Shown here piece after piece: positions 1 through 11,536 of a DNA stretch of 64,000 nt (positions are counted from its first letter, which is position 1; each line of letters starts with the position of its first letter). The notes under the pieces were generated by a model that did not search any database, was not told where the DNA came from, and was given only the letters and a program-made list of their open reading frames with translations. Origin of the DNA: Podospora anserina (taxonomy: Eukaryota); NCBI GenBank assembly GCA_017654855.1, contig CM030332.1, forward strand, positions 7,812,001 through 7,876,000, in the 5' to 3' direction. The translations under genes were made by a program, and so were the position numbers.

Positions 1-354
1 GTCGGGAGGCTTCTGAGGCCCCTTTGGCTCTTCCTTCGCTGGCGCAGCATTCTCTCCGACGCGACCAGCCGCCACCGCGGTACCACGGCCGGCCTTGATC
101 TCCTCTTTCCTCCATTCGTAGTAGGCGTTGTACGGGTCGTCATGCTTCATCAAAAAGCTAAACTTTGGGTTTTTGCCGTGGTTCTCGCGGATGCGCTGTT
201 CGAGGCCAAGGCCACCGCGCATGACATAGCCAGCCGTCTTCTCGATCGCTTCGCGGATTTCACCCGGTGGTGGGATGATAACTCCTGGCGGCGGCTTGAG
301 ATTCTCAAGCGCCGCGGCCGCCGATGCAGCCGAGTCTCCGTTTGCAACGGCCAT
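1..354 (-). CDS. prp21: Splicing factor 3A subunit 1 (Prp21/Sap114), N-terminal part; gene runs off the window edge
   Basis: Not in the ORF track. Manual reverse translation from ATG at 354 gives MAVANGDSAASAAAALENLKPPPGVIIPPPGEIREAIEKTAGYVMRGGLGLEQRIRENHGKNPKFSFLMKHDDPYNAYYEWRK..., a SURP/SWAP domain (IEKTAxYV...KFSFL...DPYxAYY). Confidence 0.9.
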   Translation of the reverse strand, partial: MAVANGDSAASAAAALENLKPPPGVIIPPPGEIREAIEKTAGYVMRGGLGLEQRIRENHGKNPKFSFLMKHDDPYNAYYEWRKEEIKAGRGTAVAAGRVGENAAPAKEEPKGPQKPPD

Positions 355-1259
355 TTTGATGCAGGTATTTGCAGAATCGATGCGGTGGTTGGAATGATGA
401 AGAGTAAGAGTTCGCCTATCGAAATTCCTGAACACTGCCAATTGCTATCGGCGCGCGGCAGAGCGCGGGTGGGTTGCGATCAAATGGTCCGTGCGCACAT
501 TTGGTACTGTACTTTTGACCATCTCAGGGATCATCACATCTTCACATGCAACCTTGACTTTTGATTCACTTCCTGCTTGAGACTTGAACATCTTGCCAGA
601 TAAGAGAAGGTCAATCCGTCAGGTTCCCCTCACATATCGATGCCAATTTTCTCCATTGCCTGCCCTGACATGTTCCCTTTCAATACGAATACACACGCAG
701 GGAGAGTGGCTGTGACGCGTCGAAAAATAACTAGTTGGTCCCCAGGGAACGGTGCTAGGCTCTTGCGAGGTTACTTGTGGCCCGTGTTCCGTGCTGTCTG
801 GGGAATGTCAGCCAATAACAACACGCTACGCCCGTTTTTAACCCAACAGGGGGTTGAGGCCACTTAAGCTACATTGAAATAATTATGGGATGCTTGTCGG
901 CACGCAGCTTCATCACTGGCGACTGCAACCCCCTTTCCATCTCTTCAGCCTTTTCCGAGGTCAAGTCAGCTACTGAAGACTGACCAAGTCTTTTCTTCTT
1001 CTTCTTCTCGTCCAACTTTTTCTTGCTCTGGACGTGGCCGAGTGCTCTTCACTCGACACTTTTTTTTTCTTGTTCGGAATTCAGCATCCAATGACAGCCT
1101 TGTAATGAAACCTTGACCTTCTCGACTCTCGTTAACTCCCAGTTCCCGGATTGACCAACAACGATCCTGGCGGCTGAATTATCACACCGTCAACAACACC
1201 CCCCGACCCCGATAAGAACTACGATTTCTAGCTAGACATCGTCCTCTCCACCATCGACA

Positions 1260-4200
1260 ATGGCTCGATCGGCAGCCGCAAAAGTGGCATCCGGCCGGGT
1301 ATCCCCTCCCCTGCCACCGAACCCAGCACCTACCCAACCCATCCCAGGCACCATCTCGACAAGCTCGAAGAACAAGAACAAGGGAGCTTCGAAGCGCCCC
1401 AACGACTACACGTCCGAGGGCGTGGCCGATAACGATGTTTTCCTGCTCCCAGGCTCCGATTACCAGCTCTTGCTTGGTATCACCTTCCTGGCCGCTGCGG
1501 TGCGCCTGTTCCGCATCTATCAGCCCACCAGCGTCGTCTTCGATGAGGTCCAGTACGTTTACCACCGATGCCTGCCCAAACTCTCAACATAGAGCTAACC
1601 ATGTGGTCGTTACAGCTTCGGCGGCTTCGCTTCCAAGTATATCAAGGGCAAGTTCTTCATGGACGTCCACCCTCCTCTGGCAAAATTGATGATCACCCTC
1701 TTCGGTTACCTCGCTGGCTTTGATGGAAACTTCGACTTCAAGGAGATTGGCAAGGACTACCTTGAGCCTGGTGTTCCTTATGTCGCCATGCGCTTGTTCC
1801 CTGCTATCTGCGGTATTCTTCTGGCTCCTACCATGTTCCTCACGCTCAAGGCTGCCGGTTGCCGCACCTTCATCGCCGCCATGGGTGCTTGCTTGATCAT
1901 TTTTGGTGGGTACCCTCCTCCTTGGATATGGATGTGGCTACGGACTGGCGGTGGACTGACACTGGGTTGTTACAGAGAACGGTCTGCTTACCCAGGCACG
2001 CCTTATCTTGCTTGACTCCCCCCTGATGATTGCTACGGCTTTCACCGCGCTTGCTTTCACCTCCTTCACCAACCAGCAGGAGCTCGGCCCCTCTAGAGCT
2101 TTCTCCCCAAGTTGGTGGTTCTGGCTTGTCATGACCGGTCTTGGTCTCGGCATGACTGTCAGCATCAAGTGGGTGGGCCTGTTCACGATTGCCTGGGTTG
2201 GCGGCTTGACCTTGGTCCAGCTCTGGGTTCTGTGGGGTGATCACAAAAACGTCACTATTAGCACCTTCTCCAAGCACTTCTTGGCCCGTGCTTTCTGCTT
2301 GATTGCCATTCCCGTGGCCTTTTACATGGCCATGTTCGGTATCCACTTCCTCTGCCTGGTGAACCCTGGCGAGGGTGATGGCTTCATGAGCTCCGAGTTC
2401 CAGTCTACCCTCAACTCCAAGGGCATGCAGGATGTCCCTGCCGATGTTCTTATGGGCAGCAAGGTCTCCATCAGGCACGTCAACACCCAGGGCGGCTATC
2501 TTCACTCGCACCCGCTCATGTATCCCACCGGATCCAAGCAGCAGCAGATCACTCTCTACCCTCACAAGGACGACAACAACCTTTGGTTCCTCGAGAACCA
2601 GACCCAGCCTCTTGGCGCTGACGGTCTGCCTATCAACGGTACCAACGCGTGGAACAACCTTGAGGAGACTCCCTACATCAAGAACGGTGCCATCATTCGT
2701 GTCTACCATGTTCCCACTCACCGCCGCCTTCACTCTCACGATGTTCGCCCCCCTGTTACCGAAGCTGAGTGGCAGAACGAGGTGTCTGCTTATGGTTATG
2801 AGGGATTCGATGGAGACGCCAATGACTTTTTCCGTGTCGAAATTGTCAAGAAGAAGTCCAAAGCCGGTGTTGCTCAGGAGCGCCTTCGCACCATTGACAC
2901 CAAGTTCAGACTTGTCCACGTCATGACCGGCTGCGTCCTGTTCTCGCACAAGGTCAAGCTCCCCGCGTGGGCCTCTGAACAGCAAGAGGTTACCTGCGCT
3001 CGTGGTGGCACTCTTCCTAACAGTCTCTGGTACATTGAGTCCAACGAGCACGCCAAGCTTGGTCCCGACGCCGAGAAGGTCAACTATGCCAATCCTGGCT
3101 TCTTGGGCAAGTTCTGGGAGCTCCAGAAGGTTATGTGGAAGACCAACGCTGGACTTGTCGAATCCCACGCGTGGGACTCCCGCCCAGACTCCTGGCCCAT
3201 CCTCCGCCGTGGTATCAACTTCTGGGGCAGAAACCACCGCCAGATCTACCTCATTGGCAACCCCATTGTTTGGTGGAGCGCCACAGCTGCCGTCGTTATC
3301 TACATCTTGTTCAAGGGAATCGCTGTTCTCCGCTGGCAGCGTAGCTTCAATGATTACGCCGACCCGGTTTTCAAGCGCTTTGATTACGAGATTGGCACGT
3401 CTGTGCTCGGCTGGGCTCTTCATTACTTCCCGTTCTATCTGATGCAGCGCCAGCTGTTCCTCCACCACTACTTCCCCGCTCTCTACTTCTCCGTCATTGC
3501 TTTCTGCCAGATCTTCGACTTTGTTGTTGCGCGGATTTCGGCTCTTGGCTTGAAGAAGAACCCTCTTATCGGCAAGGCCGGTGCTCTCCTTTTCCTGCTT
3601 ATCTCGGCCGCCGCCTTCACCTTGCTTTCTCCTCTTGCTTACGGCAACGCCTGGACCAAGGCCGAGTGCAAGCGTGTCAAGCTTTTCAACACCTGGGACT
3701 GGGATTGCAATACCTTCCTAGATAGCGTAAGTGCATCGATCCCCGAGGTGAAGTTGCCCGTCAGGGGGAAATGAAGGCTTTCTGTGGAAGGAACGAGCAA
3801 GTATTTGGGTTCGGTGGATATGGAGGCATGATTCATGAGCACATAGAAGAATGGCACATGCCAGATTGTTTTGTGACCGAGACGTGGTGCTAACATCTGT
3901 GTTGACGTAGTATGAGGCCTATGACCAGCTCGCCAACTCACCTGCGGCGGCTTCGCCCACTTCCACAAGCAAGCCGTCGGTGAAGGTCCAGGCCCCAGCC
4001 CCTGCTGAGAACCCGGTGGCTGCTGGCGAACAGGCCAAGGCCCCCGCCGTGGAGCAGCCAAAGGAGAAGGTTTCGGGAGCCCCGGCGGCTGGTGAACAGC
4101 GTGTTGTCCACACCGAGGAGCGTGTTGAGTACAGAGACCAGGATGGTAACTTGCTGGACATGGAGCAAGTTAAGGCCCTGGAGGGCAAGGTCGAGTTCAA

Positions 4201-4523
4201 GACCCGGTACGAGACTCGCACTCGCATCATTGATGCTGCCGGCAACGAAGTTTTCGTCGGCGCTCAGGAGGGCGCGCCGGTTCCTGTGGCGCCTCCACAC
4301 CCGGATGTTGAGGGTAGGTGGACCAATGCGCCATTTTCCCAAAGAGTGAACCACTAACATGCATGACTTCTCAGGTGTCGACCGTGAGACTCCCAAAAAC
4401 TTGGTTCCTGACGAATCCATCCCGGCTGCTGAGAAGAGCGTCGAGGGCGAGAAGGAGGCCGAGGGTAAGGTCCCCAAACCCGCTAGCGAGAGCAAGGAGA
4501 AGACCGCCAAGGAGGAGTTGTAA
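1260..4523 (+). CDS. pmt1: Dolichyl-phosphate-mannose:protein O-mannosyltransferase, PMT1 subfamily (GT39, MIR domains)
   Basis: Exons 1260-1552, 1616-1905, 1976-3726, 3911-4313, 4375-4523 with GT-AG introns. Splicing restores FDEVHFGGFASKY, DVHPPLAKL and ENGLLTQARLILLDS. MIR motifs LHSH are present, also RQLFLHHYFPAL. The protein ends KEEL*. Confidence 0.95.
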
Positions 4524-5235
4524 GAGAAGTGAGAATACGATGACGCATCCGATGATGCGTACGAGACGACCGCAAACCCAAACACACCTTGGCCCACCCA
4601 ACACCTACTTCACTTAATGTCTCGTTGTACCACCACCATACACACTAATGACAGAAGGGAGGGCATACACCAAGGACTTTTCACATTGGGACGGAACGGT
4701 TTGGGTGGAGTCTGGCGGGATAAAGAACGCAAAAAAAGCAGTCGTTTTTTTTTTTTGGGAAATTTATAGGGGGGTATGGGGAGGGGAAGGAAAGGAGGAG
4801 TTCTTCGTTACCATGTTGCTGTCATTGTTGTGATATGATGGCATTTATGGTTGTCATTTGTCAACATTGCGAAAAAGTCGAACGCGGTGAGGTATGCCAG
4901 AGCTACTACCTATCTGGTGAACTCACACCACACTCTCACACACACTCACTCACTCACTCATCAGAGGGGTACCTGTTTTCACTTTTTGTAGGGCCCACTA
5001 GAAGTTATTTCCTTGTGTTGAACCAAATCCGTTGTTATGTGCTTGAGATGTTCACACTGTCTTGTGGACCCTGCTGTTCCCGTCCTCAGGGCACTTTTGA
5101 GGTTCACCCAACCCAGCCGAGTCAACGCCACGCCCCCCTTTTTCCACCATACTAGAGGAGCCACAACCAGAGAACACAGCCAGACCACAACCAGACCACG
5201 GTTTTATCAATCAGCTTTCTCGAACGTGTTTCCGT

Positions 5236-5310
5236 GGTGCGGTAGTACAGCGGTTAGTGCATTCCCGAGTTTGAGCGAAGAACCCAGGTTCGACTCCTGG
5301 CCCCTCGCCA
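5236..5310 (+). tRNA. tRNA-like element or tRNA pseudogene (D and T arms resemble tRNA-His; anticodon undeterminable)
   Basis: A box TAGTACAGCGG (5243-5253), D arm GTAC/GTGC, perfect T arm CCAGG-TTCGACT-CCTGG with B box (5287-5297), and downstream T-runs. The anticodon stem has a C:C mismatch and an 8-nt loop. The acceptor 3' strand has extra bases. Confidence 0.6.
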
Positions 5311-5796
5311 CACAGCGTTTGTGATTTTCAGCGTTTTGCTTTCTTTTTGGCTTTTTTCTGCCTCCCTTTTTCTCTCAGGGCTGAACACCACGTCGAGCGA
5401 GGCAAAGGCAAAAATGAAGCTGGTTAAATTTTGGCATGCCTTGTGTCGGGCGGTAGGCTAAACTGGTAGAAACGAATGTGAGTAAGAAAGACAAGAAAGA
5501 GGCACCGACAAGGATAGCCAGAGAGACAGATGGTACGAAATTCCGGCTCTGGCTTGTCAGAATTCAACGAGAGTATGGCAAGTCCATGAGAAAAGGCAGA
5601 AGTGACGAAGAAGAAGATCTGAAAAGGGAATTAAACACAATTCCAAAAGGCTACCCACCCACCCGCCCATCGCCATTTCCAAAATCGGATCCCGATTTAT
5701 ATCCAAAAAAGAAAAAAAAAGAAAAAAAGAAAAAAAAGGAAAAAAAACCCCACCATATCCCACCACCCTTCAGCAACGCACACTTATCCCCTTTCA

Positions 5797-7067
5797 CTAG
5801 GAAACACTATCCTTGAAATACTCCTCCAACGCCGCCAAGCTGCCCGGGTGCACCCTCCCCACCTTCATCACCCTGAGGTGGTCCTCGACAGTGTATATCC
5901 TCCCGCAATCCAATCTCGCAACCGGGCTGATATACGTCTCCTGATCCTCGATTATCACCCCGATGGGCTTCCGGGTGATGTTCTCCTCTTCGTACGGCTT
6001 CGCAGGTACGACATTGCTGTTGTGCAAGACCACAAAATCTACATCCCGACCTCTGCATGTCTTGTTGGTGGCTGACTTGTTGGCTCCTGCGTATGTGGTG
6101 ATGGAGAAACAGAGTGAGTGGTGGAGGCGGCGCCGGACGACGACGAACCAGCGGTATTTGGCCAGCGGTTTCTCACCGTGGAATTCGGGGCATTTCGTAG
6201 AGTACTCGAGGTTCGGGGGGTTGGCTGAAGGGAAGGGGTCATTGGGGGAAGGGTCGGTGGAGCCGAGAGGTTCGAACCAGGGGACTTTGAAGATGCGGCC
6301 GACGGCGAAGAAGCGTTTGGGTTTGGTGACTACTTGGAAGCCTGGAGGGAAGCGTTAGATTGTTGGAAAACAAAAGGGGCGAGAGGTACGCACGAGGGTC
6401 TAAGGGCTGCTCCCATTTGTGTTTGGTTGCGGCTTCGGGTCCGGTCGAGTTCTGTCTACTTCCAGCTGGTGATCCGGGTTTTGTTGGACTGGGTGGTGAT
6501 GTAGCATCTGGGTCGGGGGGTTTCTGGAAGTTGGTGTAATGGAGTGTTTTGCCGTCTGTGATATTTTAGTGATCATTGCTTGGTGAAATGTGAGGAGAAG
6601 TCTCACTTTCATCGGTACGGATGTAATCTTGGTCCTTTTCGCTCCATGTCCACTGATCGCCGTAGTCCACACTATCTTCTTGACTCTGAGAGTCTACCGT
6701 GGCCCCGGCGTTCTTTTTGTCTTCCTCGGTCGCATCCTTCGACTTTGAACCAGTTGTTTTCACAGGCTTTGTCTCAGCCTTGGTCGCTTGACTGTTCGTA
6801 CTCTTGACTTCCTGAGCAGCCGAGACTTCGGTTTTGGTAGGACCGCTTCTACCCTTGGCTCCGTTGGAGCTGATCTCCGTGTGCCTTGCAACAATTTCAA
6901 CCGGCTTCGCAATGTCCACCGCAGGTATAACAATTGCCTCCGGGTTATTCACTAATGTTCAGAGATCAGTCTCAATGATCATGCAGACAGAGCAGTGTAT
7001 ACGTACCTAGATCCTCACCCAACGTAAAAAAACCAAACTCAGGAACATGTGGTGGTCTCTGCCCCAT
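5797..7067 (-). CDS. DUF6590-domain fungal protein (4 exons)
   Basis: ATG at 7067; introns at about 7006-6952, 6607-6556 and 6392-6342. The spliced C-terminus reads LDPRFQVVTKPKRFFAVGRIFKVPWFEP...KYRWFVVVRRRLHHSLCFSITTYAG...ARLDCGRIYTVEDHLRVMKVGRV, the typical DUF6590 pattern. Confidence 0.8.
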
Positions 7068-9473
7068 CGCTGCGACAGTCATTGTCTGGACGATATGGGC
7101 TCAAGATGTACATAAACCAGGACTACCTCCTCTTCTCGACGTTGTCAAGTATGTGCGGAGCTGTGATGTAAAATGTCGATATAATGTATGATGGGACTAA
7201 AGCCCTCGTGTAGGGCCAAACCTCCACATGGGGTGAAGCCTGAGCAGCTAGGAGAGGTTCATAGGACGGAATAGGGGGTTCTGATCGTGCTTTTCAGTCC
7301 GTCCAGCTTGGTGTTGTACAACAGCCCGATCTAGTATCTCAAGCAACCGTAATGAACCAAGGTCCAGTCGGGAGTACAGACGATCGTGGCAGGCTCCGAA
7401 AGGAAGAAAATAATGGTTCAAGAGAACCAGAAGGCAAGGCTGCGGGCCAAGTGCCGAAGTGGGCGGGAAAATGCAGGTTCGGGTGGAATGACAAGCCAAA
7501 TTTCCATGTGCTGTTTAGGGAGGCTGCAGCGTTAGCCGTTAACGGTTGGGGAGACAATTCCATATAAACCGGGCAATGTAGAAACTGAGCAGCAAACATG
7601 CAGAAGCGTGAGCATGCTTAGGGAGAGGCTCAGTATATTCCCCCACAGGTAGGTACTTTTTGTGCGACTTGCAGTCCTATCTGCCTAGAGCGAAGCCTGA
7701 GGCAGGTGCACCTCGGAGTTTTGTAGTTGGTGTCGCGACGGCAGCAGGTGGGGGGTGTCATTTGATATGAAAAAGCAACGAAGCTTACGCCGCCGTTGCG
7801 CAAGATGCTATGCTTTGACGCCGACCACTGATTGGAATTTGGAGCATTCAATTCAGCTGCGGCCATGGCCCCTTGTCGTCAACCTCGCCTCCCGTGTCCC
7901 CTTCTCTCGACACCCCCTACCTGAGGTCGCCAGCTCATGCAGCTTCAACACTTGGAAGGGGCGTTCTACGTATTGCTGCCCAAGCTTGTGTGCCCCACGA
8001 TCAACACCTGCTTGGTAACCTCGACGTTGCGCAGCCTCGTCGATGGATGTGGCACATATTCCAATTGCCTGTTTGGGACACCTCAAATCGGCCAAGGCCC
8101 CCTCACCATGGACCAGCCTGCTCCTTACCACCACCAACTTGCAAGAAGTTCGGCCGTTCATAGGACAAAAAAGAACTGCACATATGCTTCAGTTCAGACG
8201 TTTCCTTGGTCTTACCGCATATCAGTCATGGCAACATTTGACCTTCAGCCATACCTGGGCGGCGATTTCCATATCTGACTTCAATTACACAATTCCATTT
8301 TCAGGAGTGGTCTTGGCCAAACTTCCCGAGATAACTCCAGAATTTCCACATCGTGTTGGTAACATCATGATGTGGAAAACACGAACGATCTTTGCCAGCC
8401 GTCTCACCCTCATACCTGATACACTCATCTTGTAGGTCCCCGAGAGGCGCTGACTGGTGAAGCGTGGACCATACAACACGCAGGAGAGCGGTCCTTTATT
8501 CATCACAACCTGTCACCGTCTCAGATTACAACCTCGGTCAGCCTCGTCAAGCCCGTCATTTCTCTTATCGTACTGATTCATATAACCCCCCTGACGAATT
8601 CAAGACCCCGGATTCTCTTCTCCTCAACACCTCTGTTCATCTTTTGGAATTTTCAGCTACTTCAAATACATCCAGGTTCTCTATTAATTTCTACGCCTCA
8701 GATCCGAGGAACATTTCCTTCCCCACCGTAAGGCTCGAGGACCAGCACCCCTCTCGATAGCGGCCCAAGCCTTCATGAGGTAACAACGACCTGATGTCAA
8801 ATCCATTCTCTCCCGAAAGCCTGCCCATGATGCTACCCCAATGTGCATTTTCCATTGCAACCGTGCACATTACACTTCCCTCCTAAGCCACCCACCGCCA
8901 AGGTTCTCAACACTTTTCACGCCCGCCAAGAAGCCATATCCAGATTTCCAGACTTGGACTGCGATGATCTGCATCCGATCGGATACCAGCACGCCCCATT
9001 AACGGGCCGGGACCGGACGCCGGGCACACTGGCTGACCCCTAGGTTGGCGCCACTGCGGCCCGAGAGGATCAGGGGGTGATGCCACGCTTTTGATGAGGC
9101 CCGTACTTGACCGGTGAAAGATGCATGGGAGACGGATGGGGTGTCGTGTGACCTGCTACTCAGCTCAGCCAGCCCCTTACACCTAACCATACTGAGGGCT
9201 CACCGCCGTTTGATGTTCATGCTCGGACCTCGAGTTCATCAAAACCATGCCTATTGACCAAGGATTTTGTTATACAACTGGCTACCTGCCCAAACTCGGA
9301 ATATTTCCTTCCCACCTAACCCATCCAAAGCACTGGTGTCGGATGTACCCAGACAGATTTGCCTCCCATCCTTGTTATATGCCACCCTGCCTACATAGCC
9401 CGGTAAACCTATATGCCAATTCATTACCATTATATCCTCAGCTCCCCCCCTTTTTCTTCTAGACTCGCACATC

Positions 9474-11536
9474 TCACTGCTGCTGCTGCTGATTACTCTG
9501 CGGATAACTCCCCATAACCTCCTGAGGGGGATCGGCCTCCCTCTGCGCACTCATCTCCGCCGCGTTATGATACTGCTGGCCCTGCCACGGATTCTGTCCC
9601 TGCGGCTGGCCCTGCCATTGCTGGCCCCCTTGCTGCACGTACGGGGCACCATATTGCTGCTGCGGCGGGAACCCTCCCTGTGGTTGCTGGTTGTAATACT
9701 GCCCTTGATTCTGCTGATAACCACCACCGTAAAACTGATTCTGACCATGATGCTGTCCCTCATCTGCCTCGGCAATAGGCGCCGGGTACCCGCCTGGTCC
9801 AGCACCCACTCCCGGGGAAGGCGTGCTCTGAGGGTGGGTGTTGAATGGGTTTTGTCCACCGCTCAGAGATGACAGCTCGGATGCGTGGCCGTTGGTTGTG
9901 CTGGAAGCTCCGGTGTTTTGCGCCATGAGAGCGGAGGGGGAGGAGATGGATGTGTTGACGCTGTGGCGGGAGGGGTCTGTTCCCGGGGGTATGGCACCAG
10001 CGGCGAAGTATTGGTTGGGAGAGGGGTAGCCGTTTTGGAACTGGGCCGGCGGGGGGTATTGGCCTTGTGGTGGTGGTGGTTGTTGCTGACCTGGCATGGG
10101 CTGGAATTGGCCGTTAGGGAACTGTTGAGGTTGCCCGGGTTGGGGTTGGGTTTGTGCCATTTGCTGCTGGGGGACTGTTTGAGCTGCTGCCGCTGCTGCG
10201 GAATTGGGGTCGGCGGGCTGCCGGGCCTCGAGCTGCTTGTTCTTTTTGCGTTGACGCCAGAGGCAAAAGGCGAGACCACCGATGAGGATGGCAGCTACGC
10301 CTGCACCGGCACCGATGCCAGCTTTGGCTGCTACCGAGAGGCCGCCAGAGCTTTGTTCCACAACCGGATAACGCATAGACCAGACAATGTTGACGACCGC
10401 CGAGGTCTCCCGGTCGGTCTTGGTTTCCTTGCCCCTTTCCACCGTGAGGGTAGGGGGTCGGGTAGTTCCAGCTTTGATAGAAGACCAGCAGGGCGTCTGG
10501 CCACCCACCGCTGAGGTGAATGGTACGAAGCCGTTGGGGCAGCAGCCGCCATCCACAGAATAGTAATCCTCAGCGCATGTTTGGAGTCTGGCTTGCTTTG
10601 CGTCGACAGGAATGGGGTAGTCGAAGCCAAGCTTCTCCAGCTCTGCCGCGTTGGATCCGGACACCGCCGAGGCAACTGCTGCGGCGGCGGTCTCGACGGG
10701 CCAAGGACAGCAATCAGGGCGGTCTTTGATGCAGCCGAGGAAGCCAGCGTAATATGCGGTATTCCCAGCGTCTACGAGAGTGAAGCTGGCTTGACCACAT
10801 TCTTCCTTGAGGAGAGCACCTGTGCCTTGGAATTTGGGCTGTCCGTCATAGGCGGGAGTGTTGATACGAGTGCTGACAGTAACGACGTTGACGGTTCTGC
10901 GATTTCAAGTCAGTTTCTAACTTTGAAGTGGAACCTAGACCAAACACAATGCTTACTGTAACGCGAGAGACACAGAAGTCCTGAAGATCAAAGAGTTAGT
11001 CAACCTTGCTTTTCACACATGGCACCCCGTCCCACTCACGGTATGTTAGGTTGTTGCTGGCCCTGGGGGCCGCCAATGATGTTGCTGCATGTTGATCCGA
11101 GGGCTGAGGCGTATAGATCATTCCAGCCGTCATACAAACTGGAGCAGGTTCCAGTCGCGATTCTAGTATACCAGCAGTTCCAGTAGGCTTGTCCATGGGT
11201 GCAGACACATGACTGAACAGCGGAGTCGACGGCACTGTTGTAGGCAAGTCCATTCTCCGGCCCTCCTCCGGCTGTCACGAAGTCGAAGTCACTGTAGCAT
11301 TCTGACAGATGGGTCGTGCAGGAGTAAACGTTTGATCCGTAATTCTAGTATGACAGGGAGGTCAGTAAAGGACAGCCCAGCTTGTGCTGCTCGGTCTCGA
11401 CGGAGCGACATACATAGCAACCCCCATAGAAGTCGGTTTGGCGTGGTCGAAGCAAAGCAGCGCCAAAGACATCAAAGGTCGGAGTCGGAGTCACTGACGG
11501 CGTCGGCGACGCCAGTGATGCTGAAGGGACCAGCAT
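9474..11536 (-). CDS. Single-pass membrane protein with Cys-rich extracellular region and Q/P/G/Y-rich cytoplasmic tail
   Basis: Exons 11536-11414, 11344-11040, 10980-10957 (24-nt microexon) and 10896-9474 join in frame. Cys motifs GCIKDRPDCCPW and GGCCPNGF. TM segment AGIGAGAGVAAILIGGLAFCLW followed by RQRKK. Confidence 0.8.

Noticed and set aside
142-564. 140-aa plus-strand ORF
   Set aside because: Overlaps the real prp21 CDS on the opposite strand and its promoter; no motifs.
715-720. MCB-like ACGCGT in the prp21/pmt1 divergent promoter
   Set aside because: A single hexamer is expected by chance.
1897-3468. 523-aa minus-strand ORF
   Set aside because: Antisense shadow of pmt1, caused by strong C-ending codon bias; no recognisable motifs.
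5308-5310. Apparent genome-encoded CCA end on the tRNA-like element
   Set aside because: Better explained as C71-C72 plus discriminator A pairing with the 5' GG, so it is not evidence of retroposition.
5478-5816. Lys-rich 112-aa ORF
   Set aside because: Poly-K comes from the A-tract in the 3' UTR region of the DUF6590 gene; GTG start and no coding features.
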